Shown piece after piece: positions 38,414 to 50,632 of a DNA stretch of 64,000 bases; the first letter of the stretch is position 1, and every line of letters begins with the position of its first letter. A model generated the notes under the pieces. It was not told the origin of the DNA. It saw only the letters and a program-made list of their open reading frames with translations, and did no database searches. The stretch comes from Mobula hypostoma (lineage: Eukaryota): positions 202,618,001-202,682,000 of the forward strand of contig NC_086100.1 in NCBI RefSeq assembly GCF_963921235.1. Reading direction: 5' to 3'. The position numbers and the translations under genes are program-made.

Positions 38414-41084
38414 GTACATTGGCCTTTATTAATCAAAGTATTGAGTATAAGAGCTGGAATGTTATGATGAGGTTGTACAAGGCATTGGTGAGGCCAGATC
38501 TGGAGTATTGTGTTCAGTTTTGGTCACCAAATTACAGGAAGGATATAAATAAGGTTGAAAGAGTGCAGAGTAGGTTTAAAAGGATGTTGCCAGGACTTGA
38601 GAAACTCAGTTACAGAGAAAGGTTGAATAGGTTAGGACTTTATTCCCTGGAGCGTAGAAGAATGAGGGGATATTTGATAGAGGTATATAAAATTATGATG
38701 GGTATAGATAGAGTGAATGCAAGCAGGCTTTTTCCACTGAGGCAAGGGGAGAAAAAAACCAGAGGACATGGGTTAAGGGTGAGGGGGGAAAAGTTTAAAG
38801 GGAACATTAGGGGGGGCTTCTTCACACAGAGAGTGGTGGGAATATGGAACGAGCTGCCAGACGAGGTGGTAAATGCGGGTTCTTTTTTAACATTTAAGAA
38901 TAAATTGGACAGATACATGGATGGGAGGTGTATGGAGGGATATGGTCCGTGTGCAGGTCAGTGGGACTAGGCAGAAAATGGTTCGGCACAGCCAAGAAGG
39001 GCCAAAAGGCCTGTTTCTGTGCTGTAGTTTCTATGGTTTCTATGGATGGTAGGGTACAAGATCCGTGGTGCACAAAGGCTGTTGTAAATCTAGTCAAGAA
39101 GAAAAGAAGAGCTTACGAAAGGTTCAAAAAACTAATTAATGATAGGAATCTAGAGGATTATAAAGCGGGCAGGAAGGATCTTAAGAATGAAATTAGGAAA
39201 ACCAGAAGGGGTCATGAGAGGGCCTTGGCGGACAGGATTAAGGATCATGCCAAGGAAGTCTACAAGTATATGAAGAGCAAGAGGATAAGACATGACAGAA
39301 TAGGACCAATCAAGTATGACAGTGGAAAAGTGTGTATGGAACCGGAAGAGATAGCAGAGATACTTAATGAATACTTTGCTTCAGTATTCACTATGGAAAA
39401 GGATCTTAGTGATTGTAGGGATGACTTGCAGTGAACTGAAAAGCTTCAGCATGTAGATATTAAGGAAGAGGATGTGCTGGAGCTTTTGGAAAGCATCAAT
39501 TTAGATAAATCACTTCGACCGGATGAGATGTACCCCAGGGAGGTGAGAGAGGAGATTGCTGAGCCTCTAGCAGTGATCTTTACATCATCAATGAGGACAG
39601 GAGAAGTTCCAGAGGATTGTAGGGTTATGGATGTTGTTCCCTTATTCAAGAAAGGGAGTTGGGATAGCCCAGGAAATTATAGGCCAGTGAGTCTTACTTC
39701 AGTAGTTGTTAAGTTGATGGACAAGATCCTGAGAGACAGGATTTATAAACATTTGGAGAGGCATAATATGATTAGGAACAGTCATCATGGCTTTGTCAAA
39801 GGCAGGTTGTGCCTTACGAGCCTGATTGAATTTTTTGAGGTTGTGGCTAAACACATTGATGAAGGCAGAGCCGTAGATGTAGTGTATATGGATTTCAGCA
39901 AGGCATTTGATAAGGTACCCCATGCAAGGCTTATTGAGAAAGTATGGAGGCATGGGATCCAAGGGGACATTGCTTTGTGGATCCAGAACTGGCTTGCCCA
40001 CAGAAGGTAAAGAGTGGTTGTTGACGGGTCATATTCTGCATGGAGGTCAGTGACCAGTGGAGTGCCTCAGGGATCTGTTCTGGGACCCTTACTCTTCGTG
40101 ATTTTTATAAATGACCTGGATGAGGAAGTGGAGGGATGGGTTAGTAAATTTGCTGATGACACAAAGGTTGGGGGTGTTGTGGATAGTGTGGAGGGCTGTC
40201 AGAGGTTACAACGGGACATTGATAGGATGCAAAACTGGGCAGAGAAATGGCAGATGGAGTTCAACCCAGATAAGTGTGAGGTGATTCATTTTGGTAGGTC
40301 AAATATGATGGCAGAATATAGTATTAATGGTAAGACTCTTGGCAGTGTGGAGGATCAGAAAGATCTTGGGATCCGAGTCAATTGGACACTCAAAGCTGCT
40401 GCACAGGTTGACTCCGTGGTTAAGAAGGCATACAGTGTATTGGCCTTCATCAATCATGGGATTGAATTTTGGAGTTGAGAGGTAATGTTGCAGCTATATA
40501 GGACCCTGGTCAGACCCCACTTGGAGTACTGTGCTAAGTTCTGGTCACCTCACTACAGGAAGGATGTGGAAACCTAGAAAGAGAGCAGTGGAGATTTACA
40601 AGGATGTTGCCTGGATTGGGGAGCATGTCTTATGAGAATAGTTTGAGTGAATTTGGCCTTTTCTCCTTGGAGCGACGGAGGATGAGAGGTGACTTGATAG
40701 AGGTGTATATAATGATGAGAGGCATTGATCGTGTGGATAGTCAGAGGCTTTTTCCCAGGGCTGAAATGACTAACATGAGAGGGCATAGTTTTAAGGTGCT
40801 TGGAAGTAGGTACAGAGGAGATGTCAGGGGTAAGTTTTTTATGCAGAGAGTGGTGAGTGCGTTCAATGGGCTGCCGGCAATGGTGGTGGAGGCGGATACG
40901 ATAGGGTCTTTTAAGAGACTCCTGGATAGGTACATGGAGCTTAGAAAAATAGAGGGCTATGGGTAAAGCCCAGTTAGCTCTAAGGTAAGGACATGTTCAG
41001 CACAACTTTGTGGGCCAAATGGCCTGTATTGTGCTGTGGGTTTTCTATGTTTCTTTGTTTCTGACAGTGGGTTAAGCAGCCACA

Positions 41085-41375
41085 GGGTGGCACGGCAGCA
41101 TAGAGTTAGTGTGGCGCTATTACAACTTGGGGGCGGATTTCAGAGTTCAACTCCGGTATTCCTGAAAGGGTTTACATTCTCCCCATGGTAGGCATAATAT
41201 CTCCTCCAGGTGCTCCAGTTTCCTCCCAAAGCCCAAAGACATACATGTTCGGAGATTAGTTTGATTGTAAATTGAGCCAAGATGAGGTTAACACTAAATA
41301 GGTGGGCTGTGGCATGGTGAAGGTCATTGCTACTGAAGGGCCTGTTCAGAGGTGCTTCTCAAAATAATTAATAAG
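41085..41375 (+). mobile_element. Degenerate tRNA-derived SINE, V-SINE/HE1-like
   Basis: Box A-like GGTGGCACGGCAGCATAGAGTTAG, box B-like GAGTTCAACTCC, V-domain-like GGTGCTCCAGTTTCCTCCCAAAGCCCAAAGAC and a CR1-like end GAAGGGCCTGTT. Confidence 0.65.
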
Positions 41376-41399
41376 GCACAAAGGCACAGTTATCAAGGG

Positions 41400-41798
41400 A
41401 GAGTGTAGGTGTACAGGAGATCGGGACAGGCATTTACAGAGACACGGCGGGGCATGAGGGATGAGGTCAGGGCTGGACAGAGACGAGCGAGGAGGACAGG
41501 CATTTACAGAGATCAGGGGGAGCACAAGAGATGAGGTCAGGATCTGGAGGGGTGCAGGGCACTGGGACATTGGATAGCGTTGAGAAGGGGTGTAGGGGAT
41601 TAGGACAGGAGCTTACAGATATGGGCAGGGAGTAGGGGATGAGGACGGATTTACAGAGATGTGGAGGGTGTAGGGGATGAGGATGGGAGTTTAGAAAGAC
41701 ATGGAGGTGTAATGGATTGGGACAGGGTTTTACAGCTACATGAAAGGTGCAGTGGATATGGGCAGGGTTTTACAGGTATATGGAAGGTGTAGGGGATT
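41400..41798. repeat. Degenerate ~40-bp purine-rich minisatellite (GGACAGG..TTTACAGAGATATGGAGGGTGTAGGGGATGA-like)
   Basis: TTTACAG and GTAGGGGAT motifs recur at roughly 40-bp spacing. Confidence 0.6.
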
Positions 41799-42258
41799 GA
41801 ACATAGAACATAGAACATAGAATAGTACAGCACAGTACAGGCCCTTCGGCCCACAATGTTGTGCCGACCCTTAAACTGCCTCCCATATAACCCCCCACCT
41901 TAAATTGCTCCATATACCTGTCTAGTAGTCTCTTAAACTTCACTAGTGTATCTGCCTCCACCACTGACTCAGGCACCAGATCTCGTTGTACTTCCCCTTT
42001 TCCGAACACGACACCATTCAGATAGTAATCTGCCTACCTGTTCTTGCCACCAAAGTGGACAACCTCACTGAGGGGATGTCAGAGAGTGGTGGGTGCGTGG
42101 AATGCACTGCCAGCAAAGGAGATAGAGGCAGATACAATAGGGCCTTTTAAGAGCTTTTTAGATAGGTACATGGAGTTTAGAAAAATAGAGAGCTATTCAC
42201 TCGGAAAATTCTATGCCGAAAGGCCTGTAATGTGCTGTAGATTTCTATGTTCTATGTT
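41799..42258. mobile_element. Three abutting short CR1 fragments: a minus 3' end with (AACATAG)n tail, a minus internal piece and a plus 3' end
   Basis: Each piece matches a different longer CR1 in this window (~60,590-60,745; ~49,010-49,095; ~40,840-41,050). Confidence 0.8.
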
Positions 42259-42259
42259 A

Positions 42260-42830
42260 AATTTATTATCAAAGTACATATATGTCACCTTTTACAAGCC
42301 TGTGATTCACTTCTTTGAAAGCATACCCAATAAATCTATAACAGAATAATAGCCATAATAGAATCAATAAATCCTGTACAAACTGGACATTCAAAGTGAT
42401 GTGCCAAAGACAACAAACTGGGCAAATACATACATAAGTAAATAAATATCCAAACAATAAATGTCAAGGAAATGAGATGAAAGTGATTCCATAGGTTGTG
42501 GGTGACAGGGCAAGTGAAGTGGCTCGAGGGCCTGAAGGTTGAGGGGTAATAACTGTTTCTGAACTATGTGGGCGACAGTCTTAAGTTCTGCACCTTCTTC
42601 CTGATGGCAGCAGTGAGAAAAGAGCACGACCTGGGTGGTGGGGCTCCCTGATGATGGATGCTGCTTTCTGGTGACAATGCTCTATGTAGGTATGCTCAGT
42701 GGTTGGAAGGGCTTTACCCCGATGGTCTGGGCCATACCCACTACTTTCTGTGGGACTTTCCATTCAAGGGTGTTGGTGTTTCCATATCATGCTGTGTTGC
42801 AGACGGTCAACGTACTCTATACCACATATC
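42260..42830 (-). mobile_element. Degenerate Rex1/Babar-type LINE 3' fragment
   Basis: ORF 42581..42763 contains YIEHCHQKAASIIREPHHPGRALFSLLPSGRR, typical of the Rex1-type RT C-terminus. Confidence 0.7.
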
Positions 42831-42902
42831 CATGCTCTCGCCTCTCTTTTACTCTTAATATATCTGAAAAACCTTTTGTATTCGCTTTGATATTAATCGT
42901 GA

Positions 42903-45026
42903 GAGAAATAGAATGAGGGCCTTTGGCCCATCCAGTCTGTGTCAAACCATTTAACCTGTCTATTCCCATCGACCTGCATCTGGATCATAGCCCTCCATAA
43001 CCCTTCCCGTCCACATACCTATCCGAACTTCCCGAAAATATTGAAATCAAAATTGCATCTCTAGCACTGGCAGCTCATTCCACACTCTCACTACTCTCTG
43101 AATGACGAATCTTCCCCGTATGCACCCCTTAAATATTTCACCTTTCACCCTTATCCCATGACCTCCATGCATAGCCTCACCCAACCTCAGTGGAGGAAGC
43201 CTGTTGAATTTATCCCATCTCTCCACCTCATAATTTTGTCTTTATCTTCTATGTTCTAAGGAACAAAGTTCTAACCTATTGAATCTTTCCTTACAACTCA
43301 GGTCTTCCAGACCTGGCAACATTCTTGTAAATTTTCTTTGTACTCTTTCAATCTTACTTACACCTTTCTGTAGGTGTTGACCAAATCAGCACACAATAGT
43401 CCAAATTAGGCCTCACCAATGTCTGACACAACTTCAACATAACATCCCATCTCCTGTACTCTATACGTCGATTTATGAAGGCCAATGTGCCAAAAGCTTT
43501 TTTTACAACCCTACCAACCTGTGACACCACCTCCAATGAATTATGGACCAGATCCCTTTGTTCTACCACACTCCTCAATGTCCTTCCGCTCACAATGTAA
43601 GGCCTGCCTTGGTTGGTCCTACCGATATTCAGAACATCACTCTTGTCTGCATTAAATTGCATCAGCCATTTTTAGCCCATTTTTCACCTGGTCCACATCG
43701 CGCTGCAAGCCATGGTAGTTTTCTTTGTTATTCACTACACCCCCAGTTTTGGTGACATCCAGAAATTTGCCGATCCAGTTAACCACGTTATCATCCAGTT
43801 TATCGGTATAGATAACAAACAACAACAGACCCAGCATGAATCCTTGCAGCTCTTTATTTGTCCCAGGCATTGCTGCTCTGTCACCACATTCTGGTGTCTC
43901 TTCCAATAAACTTTGGCCAGCTCCTCTCTCACGACTCTGTAATTCCTTTTACTCCACTGTAATGCTGATAGATTTGACTTTAGCTTTTCCCTCTCAAATT
44001 TCAGGGTGAATTCTTCACGTTATAATCACTGTCTCCCAAGGGATCCTTTACCTTAAGCTCCCTAACCAAATCCAGTTCATTACACATCATCCAATCGAGA
44101 GTAGTTGATCTCCTAGTGGGTTCAAAGGTTATCTCATGGGCATTTTAAAAATTCTTTCTTGAGATCCAAAATCAGCACCACTTAATTTTCCCAATCTACC
44201 TGAATATTTAAATCCCCATAAATATGGTAACATTGCCCTTTTGACGTGCATTTTCTATTCCTGATTGTAATTAGTATCCCACTTCCGGCTACTGTTCAGA
44301 GGCCTGTGTATAACTTGCATTGGGGTATTTTTACCCTTGCAGTTCCTTAACTCCACCCACAACGATTCTACATCTTCTGATGCAATGTCACCTTTTCATA
44401 ATGAGTTAATTTAATTTTTTACCAACTAAAGCCACACCAACCTCACTGCTTACCTGCTTGTACTTTTGATACCATGTCTTGCCTTGAATGTTAAGCTCCC
44501 ATCTATGATCTTCTATCAGCCACAACACAGTGATGTCCACAACATCATACCTGCCAATCTCTATGCTATAAGATTACCTACCTAATTTCATACACTGCAT
44601 GCATTTAAACACCTTCAGTACTGTATTCATCACACTTTTCAATTTTGACTCTGTGTTAAGCTGTAACCTATCCCACTGAATGCAATTTTGCCCCTTCATC
44701 GCCTGTCATTCCTGACACTCTCACGACACACAGCATCTACATGTATATCAGCTGCTCCATTCTTAGCCCTATCATTCAGTTTCCAAATAACTGAAACCAT
44801 CCCCAACACTTTAGCAAACCTAGCCACATTATACTGGGCACCTCGGGTTCAGGTGTAAATCACCCCTTTTGTATGTGTCATTCCATCCCCAGAAGACATC
44901 CGAATGATACAGAAATCTGAAACCTTATCCCTGCACCAGATCCTCAGACATGTATTTATCTGTGAGTCATCCTATTCTTAACCTCACTGGTGTGTGGCAG
45001 AAGCAGCAATCCAGAGATTACTACCA
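42903..45026 (-). mobile_element. Old, degraded CR1 sequence (3' end and RT to ~43,850; endonuclease and ORF1 end beyond that)
   Basis: ORFs 43354..43662 and 43652..43906 carry decayed CR1 RT motifs. ~44,850-45,026 resembles the ORF1 esterase end seen at ~53,270-53,440. Confidence 0.75.
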
Positions 45027-45756
45027 TAAGACAAAGTAACAGAAATAGGCTATTTGGCCTGTCAAGTCTGTTCCTCCGTTCAATCATGACTAATCCTTTT
45101 TCTCCCCCTCCTCAGCCTTTGCTCCGTAACCTTTAATGCCATGGCCAATCAAGATCTCTATCGATCTCTGCCTTAAATACACCCATAGACCTGGCCTCCA
45201 CAATCACATTCCACAAATTCACCACCCTTTGGCTAAAGAAATTACTTCACATCTCTGTTGTAAATGGATGCCTCTCTATCCTGAGGCTGTGCCCTCTTGT
45301 CCAAAACTCCCCCACCATGGGAAACATCCTTTCCACATCTACTCTAGGCCTTTCAACATTCAAAAGGTTTCAATGAGCTCTCCACACTCATACTTCTAAA
45401 TTCCAGCATTGACCCAGAGCCATCAAACGTTCCCCATATGGTAAAATTTCATTCTGCAATCATCCTTGTGAACCTCCTCTGAACCCTCTCCAGTGCCAGC
45501 ACATCTTTTTTTAGATATGGACCCCAAAACTGTTCACAAAACTCAAGGTGAGTCTTCACCAGTGCCTTACAAAACCTCAGCATCACATCCTTGCTCTTGT
45601 ATACTAGACCTCTTGAAATGAATGTTAACTTGGCATTTGCCATCCTCACCACCAACTCAACCTGCAAGTTAGCATTCAGGGTGTTCTGCACAAGGATCCC
45701 AAGTACCTTTGCATCTTAGGTTCTTGGATTTTATCCCCATTTAGAAAAATAATGCA
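45027..45756 (-). mobile_element. CR1 3' fragment
   Basis: ORF 45449..45691 contains ISRGLVYKSKDVML and LERVQRRFTRMI; the tail is near 45,027. Confidence 0.8.
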
Positions 45757-46701
45757 TCCCTCCACTTCCTCATCCAGGTCATTTATAAAAATCACGAAGA
45801 GAAGGGGTCCCAGAACAGAACCACTGGTCACCAACCTCCATGCAGAATATGACCTGTCTACAACCACTCTTTGCCTTCTGTGGGCAAGCCAACTCTGGAT
45901 CCATAAAGCAATGTCTCCTTGGATCCCATGCCTCCTTATTTTCTTAATAAGCCTTGCATGGGGTACCTTATCAAATGCCTTGCTAAAATCCATATACACT
46001 ACATCTACTGTTCTACTTCGTCAATGTGTTTAGTCACATCCTCAAAAAATTCAATCAGGCTAGTAAGGCATGACCTGCCTTTGACAAAGCCATGCTCACT
46101 ATTCTTAATCATATTATGCCTCTCCAAATGTTCACAAATCCTGCATCTCAGAATCTTTTCCATCAATTTACCAATCACTGAAGTAAGACTCACTGGTCTA
46201 TAATTTCCTGGGATATTGCTACTCCCTTTCTTGAATAAGAGAACAACATCTGCAACCCTCCAGTCCTCTGAAACCTCTCCTGTCCCCAGTGATAATGCAA
46301 AGATCATCGCCAGAGGCTCAGCAATCTCCTTCCTTGCCTCCCACAGTAGCCTGGGGTACATCCCATCCGGTCCCAGACTCTTATCCAACTTGATACTTTC
46401 CAAAAGCTCCAGCACACCCTCTTTCTATATGCTCAAGTTTTTTAATCCACTCTAAGTCATCCCTAGAATCACCAAGATCCTTTTCAGTAATGAATACTGA
46501 AGCAAAGTATTCATTAAGTACCTCTGTTATCTCCTCCGGTTCCAGACACACTTTTCCACTGTCACACTGTCCTCTTGCTCTTCGCATACTTGTAGAATGC
46601 CTTCTGATTTTCTTTAATTCTGCCTGCCAAGGGTTTCTCATGGTCCCTTCTGACTCTCCTAATTTCCTTCTTAAGCTCCTTCCTGCTATCCTTATAATCT
46701 T

Positions 46702-49700
46702 ATAAAGAGGCTAGCCGTGAGGAGGTTAGTTCACAACAGAGGGATGGGAACCAGTGCAGAGAGACAGAGGGGTGTAAAGTGAGCGTAGAAGCAAAAAGTA
46801 CAAAGGAGAAAAGTAAAAGTGGCAGGCCGACAAATCCAGGGCAAGCATTAAAAAGGGCCACTTTTCAACATAATTGTACAAGGGCTAAGAGAGTTGTAAA
46901 AGAGCGCCTGAAGGCTTTGTGTGTCAGTGCAAGGAGCATTCGTAATAAGGTGGATGAATTGAAAGTGCAGATTGTTATTAATGATTATGATATAGTTGGG
47001 ATTACAGAGACATGGCTCCAGGGTGACCAGGGATGGGAGCTCAACGTTCAGGGATATTCAATATTCAGGAGGGATAGACATGAAGGAAGGGGAGGTGGGG
47101 TGGCGTTGCTGGTTAAAGAAGAGATTAACGCAATAGAAAGGAAGGACATAAACCGGGAAGATGTGGAATCGATATGGGTAGAGCTGCGTAACACTAAGGG
47201 GCAGAAGACGCTGGTGGGAGTTGTGTACAGGCCACCTAACAGTAGTAGTGAGGTCGGAGATGGTATTAAACAGGAAATTAGAAATGTGTGCAATAAAGGA
47301 ACAGCAGTTATAATGGGTGACTTCAATCTACATGTAGACTGGGTGAACCAAATTGGTAAAGGTGCTGAGGAAGAGGATTTCTTGGAATGTATGCGGGATG
47401 GTTTTTTGAACCAACATGTCGAGGAACCAACTAGAGAGCAGGCTATTCTGGACTGGGTTTTGAGCAATGAGGAAGGGTTAATTAGCGATCTTGTCGTGAG
47501 AGGCCCCTTGGGTAAGAGTGACCATAATATGGTCGACTTCTTCATTAAGATGGAGAGTGACATAGTTAATTCAGAAACAAAGGTTCTGAACTTAAAGAAG
47601 GGGAACTTTGAAGGTATGAGACGTGAATTAGCTAAGATAGACTGGCAAATGACACTTAAAGGATTGACGGTGGATATGCAATGGCAAGCATTTATAGGTT
47701 GCATGGATGAACTACAACAATTGTTCATCCCAGTTTGGCAAAAGAATAAATCAAGGAAGGTAGTGCACCCGTGGCTGACAAGAGAAATTAGGGATAGTAT
47801 CAATTCCAAAGAAGTAGCATACAAATTAGCTAGAGAAAGTGGCTCACCTGAGGACTGGGAGAAATTCAGAGTTCAGCAGAGGAGGACAAAGGGCTTAATT
47901 AGGAAGGGGAAAAAAGATTATGAGAGAAAACTGGCGGGGAACATAAAAACGGACTGTAAAAGCTTTTATAGATATGTAAAAAGGAAAAGACTGGTAAAGA
48001 CAAATGTAGGTCCCCTGCAGACAGAAACAGGTGAATTGATTATGGGGAGCAAGGACATGGCAGACCAATTGAATAATTACTTTGGTTCTGTCTTCACTAA
48101 GGAGGACATAAATAATCTTCCAGAAATAGTAAGGGACAGAGGGTCCAGTGAGATGGAGGAACTGAGTGAAATACATGTTAGTAGGGAAGTGGTGTTAGGT
48201 AAATTGAAGGGATTGAAGGCAGATAAATCCCCAGGGCCAGATGGTCTGCATCCTAGAGTGCTTAAGGAAGTAGCCCAAGAAATAGTGGATGCATTAGTGA
48301 TAATTTTTCAAAACTCGTTAGATTCTAGACTAGTTCCTGAGGATTGGAGGGTGGCTAATGTAACCCCAATTTTTAAAAAAGGAGGGAGAGAGAAACCGGG
48401 GAATTATAGACCGGTTAGCCTAACGTCGGTGGTGGGGAAACTGCTGGAGTCAGTTATCAAGGATGTGATAACAGCACATTTGGAAAGCGGAGAAATGATC
48501 GGACAAAGTCAGCATGGATTTGTGAAAGGAAAATCATGTCTGACGAATCTCATAGAATTTTTTGAGGATGTAACTAGTAGAGTGGATAGGGGAGAACCAG
48601 TGGATGTGGTATATTTGGATTTTCAAAAGGCTTTTGACAAGGTCCCACATAGGAGATTAGTGTGCAAACTTAAAGCACACGGTATTGGGGGTAAGGTATT
48701 GGTGTGGGTGGAGAATTGGTTAGCAGACAGGAAGCAAAGAGTGGGAATAAACGGGACCTTTTCAGAATGGCAGGCGGTGACTAGTGGGGTACCGCAAGGC
48801 TCAGTGCTGGGACCCCAGTTGTTTACAATATATATTAATGACTTGGATGAGGGAATTAAATGCAGCATCTCCAAGTTTGCAGATGACACGAAGCTGGGTG
48901 GCAGTGTTAGCAGTGAGGAGGATGCTAAGAGGGTGCAGGGTGACTTGGATAGGTTGGGTGAGTGGGCAAATTCATGGCAGATGCAGTTTAATGTGGATAA
49001 ATGTGAAGTTATCCACTTTGGTGGCAAAAATAGGAAAACAGATTATTATCTGAATGGTGGCCGATTAGGAAAGGGGGAGGTGCAACGAGACCTGGGTGTC
49101 ATTATACACCAGTCATTGAAAGTGGGCATGCAGGTACAGCAGGCGGTGAAAAAAGCGAATGGTATGCTGGCATTTATAGCGAGAGGATTCGAGTACAGGA
49201 GCAGGGAGGTACTACTGCAGTTGTATAAGGCCTTGGTGAGACCACACCTGGAGTATTGTGTGCAGTTTTGGTCCCCTGATCTGAGGAAAGACATCTTTGC
49301 CATAGAGGGAGTACAAAGAAGGTTCACTAGATTGATTCCTGGGATGGCAGGACTTTCATATGAAGAAAGACTGGATAAACTGGGCTTGTACTCGTTGGAA
49401 TTTAGAAGATTGAGGGGGGATCTGATTGAAACGTATAAGATCCTAAAGGGATTGGACAGGCTAGATGCAGGAAGATTGTTCCCGATGTTGGGGAAGTCCA
49501 GAACGAGGGGTCACAGTTTGAGAATAGAGGGGAAGCCTTTTAGGACCGAGATTAGGAAAAACTTCTTTACACAGAGAGTGGTGAATCTGTGGAATTCTCT
49601 GCCACAGCAAACTGTTGAGGCCAGTTCATTGGCTATGTTTAAGAGGGAGTTAGATATGGCCCTTGTGGCTACGGGGGTCACAGGGTATGGAGGGAAGGCT

Positions 49701-49820
49701 GGGGCGGGGTTCTGAGTTGGATGATCAGCCATGATCATAATAAATGGCGGTGCAGGCTCGAAGGGCCGAATGGCCTACTCCTGAACCTATTTTCTATGTT
49801 TCTATGTTTCTATGTTTCTA
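46702..49820 (+). mobile_element. Young 5'-truncated CR1 LINE with an uninterrupted ORF2, 3' UTR hairpin and (TTTCTATG)n tail
   Basis: Open 978-codon frame, GGCCGAATGGCC stem at ~49,764 and tail at 49,791-49,820; no ORF1. Confidence 0.96.
46779..49715 (+). CDS. CR1 ORF2: APE endonuclease plus reverse transcriptase (true start uncertain)
   Basis: GITETWL, GGGVALLV, VYRPP, MGDFN, SDHN; KSPGPDG, NYRPVSLTS, QHGF, LDFQKAFDKVPH, GVPQGSVLGP, YINDLD, FADDTK; no stops. Confidence 0.93.
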   Translation: MSVEAKSTKEKSKSGRPTNPGQALKRATFQHNCTRAKRVVKERLKALCVSARSIRNKVDELKVQIVINDYDIVGITETWLQGDQGWELNVQGYSIFRRDRHEGRGGGVALLVKEEINAIERKDINREDVESIWVELRNTKGQKTLVGVVYRPPNSSSEVGDGIKQEIRNVCNKGTAVIMGDFNLHVDWVNQIGKGAEEEDFLECMRDGFLNQHVEEPTREQAILDWVLSNEEGLISDLVVRGPLGKSDHNMVDFFIKMESDIVNSETKVLNLKKGNFEGMRRELAKIDWQMTLKGLTVDMQWQAFIGCMDELQQLFIPVWQKNKSRKVVHPWLTREIRDSINSKEVAYKLARESGSPEDWEKFRVQQRRTKGLIRKGKKDYERKLAGNIKTDCKSFYRYVKRKRLVKTNVGPLQTETGELIMGSKDMADQLNNYFGSVFTKEDINNLPEIVRDRGSSEMEELSEIHVSREVVLGKLKGLKADKSPGPDGLHPRVLKEVAQEIVDALVIIFQNSLDSRLVPEDWRVANVTPIFKKGGREKPGNYRPVSLTSVVGKLLESVIKDVITAHLESGEMIGQSQHGFVKGKSCLTNLIEFFEDVTSRVDRGEPVDVVYLDFQKAFDKVPHRRLVCKLKAHGIGGKVLVWVENWLADRKQRVGINGTFSEWQAVTSGVPQGSVLGPQLFTIYINDLDEGIKCSISKFADDTKLGGSVSSEEDAKRVQGDLDRLGEWANSWQMQFNVDKCEVIHFGGKNRKTDYYLNGGRLGKGEVQRDLGVIIHQSLKVGMQVQQAVKKANGMLAFIARGFEYRSREVLLQLYKALVRPHLEYCVQFWSPDLRKDIFAIEGVQRRFTRLIPGMAGLSYEERLDKLGLYSLEFRRLRGDLIETYKILKGLDRLDAGRLFPMLGKSRTRGHSLRIEGKPFRTEIRKNFFTQRVVNLWNSLPQQTVEASSLAMFKRELDMALVATGVTGYGGKAGAGF

Positions 49821-50632
49821 GATCTCTATCATTACCTAGCATTTTGAACCTTTTGTAAACTCCTCTTTTCTTCTTGACTAGATTTGTACACCGCAGTTCC
49901 TGTACCCTACCATCCTTTCGGTCTCATTGGAACGTACCTCTGCAGAATATCACACAAATATCTCCTGAACATTTGCCACATTTCTGCCGTGCATTTCCCT
50001 GAGAACATCTGTTCCTAATTTATGCTTCCAAGTTCCTGCCTGATAGCTTCATATTTCCCCTTACTCCAATTAAACACTTTCCTAACTTTTCTGTTCCTAT
50101 CCCTCTTCAATGCTTTGTTAAAGGAGATAGAATTGTGATCACTAGCTCCAAAATGCTCTCCCACTGAGAGATCTGACACCTGACCAGGTTCATTTTCCAA
50201 TAGCAGATGAAGTACAGCCTCTCTTTAGGTGTATCTACATATTCTGTCAGGAAACCTTCCTGAACACATCTAACAATCTCCACCCCATCTAAATCCCTTG
50301 CTCTAGGGAGATGCCGATCAATATTTGGGAAATTAATATCTCCCACCATGACAACCCTGTTATTCCTTCCAGAATCTGTCTCTCTATCTGCTCCTCAATG
50401 TCCCTGTTACTATCGGGTAGTCAATAAAAAAACACCCAGTAGAGTTATTGACCCCTTCCTATTCCTAACTTCCACCCACAGAGACTCCGTAGACAATCCC
50501 TCCATGACTTCCTCCTTTTCTGCAGCCATGACACTATCTCTGATCAACAGTGCCACACCCCCACCTCTTTTGCCTCCCTCCCTGTCCTTTCTGAAACATC
50601 TGCAGCCTGGCACTCTAAGTCACTCTAAGTAA

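Larger units (their letters stand above)
32197..39045 (+). mobile_element. Middle CR1 LINE (5'-truncated RT region) inserted in the outer CR1 and split by the LTR element
   Basis: ORFs 32240..33523 and 38419..38970 rejoin as ...RAFGT|LAFIN... once the LTR element and one GTAC are removed. (TTTCTATGG)n tail at ~39,028-39,045. Confidence 0.93.
31715..41062 (+). mobile_element. Outer CR1 LINE in two pieces (31715-32196 and 39044-41062); 5'-truncated, ORF2 with stops and frameshifts
   Basis: The first piece has endonuclease motifs MGDF and SDHS. The second has RT motifs NYRPVSLTS, DFSKAFDKVPH, GVPQGSVLGP and FADDTK, plus a TTTCTATG-type tail at ~41,042-41,062. The text joins across GGATGG. Confidence 0.9.

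Noticed and set aside
47048..49738. Antisense ORFs over CR1 ORF2 (e.g. 258 aa at 47048..47824) and similar ORFs opposite other LINEs and gag
   Set aside because: Shadow ORFs of the coding strand with no independent motifs.
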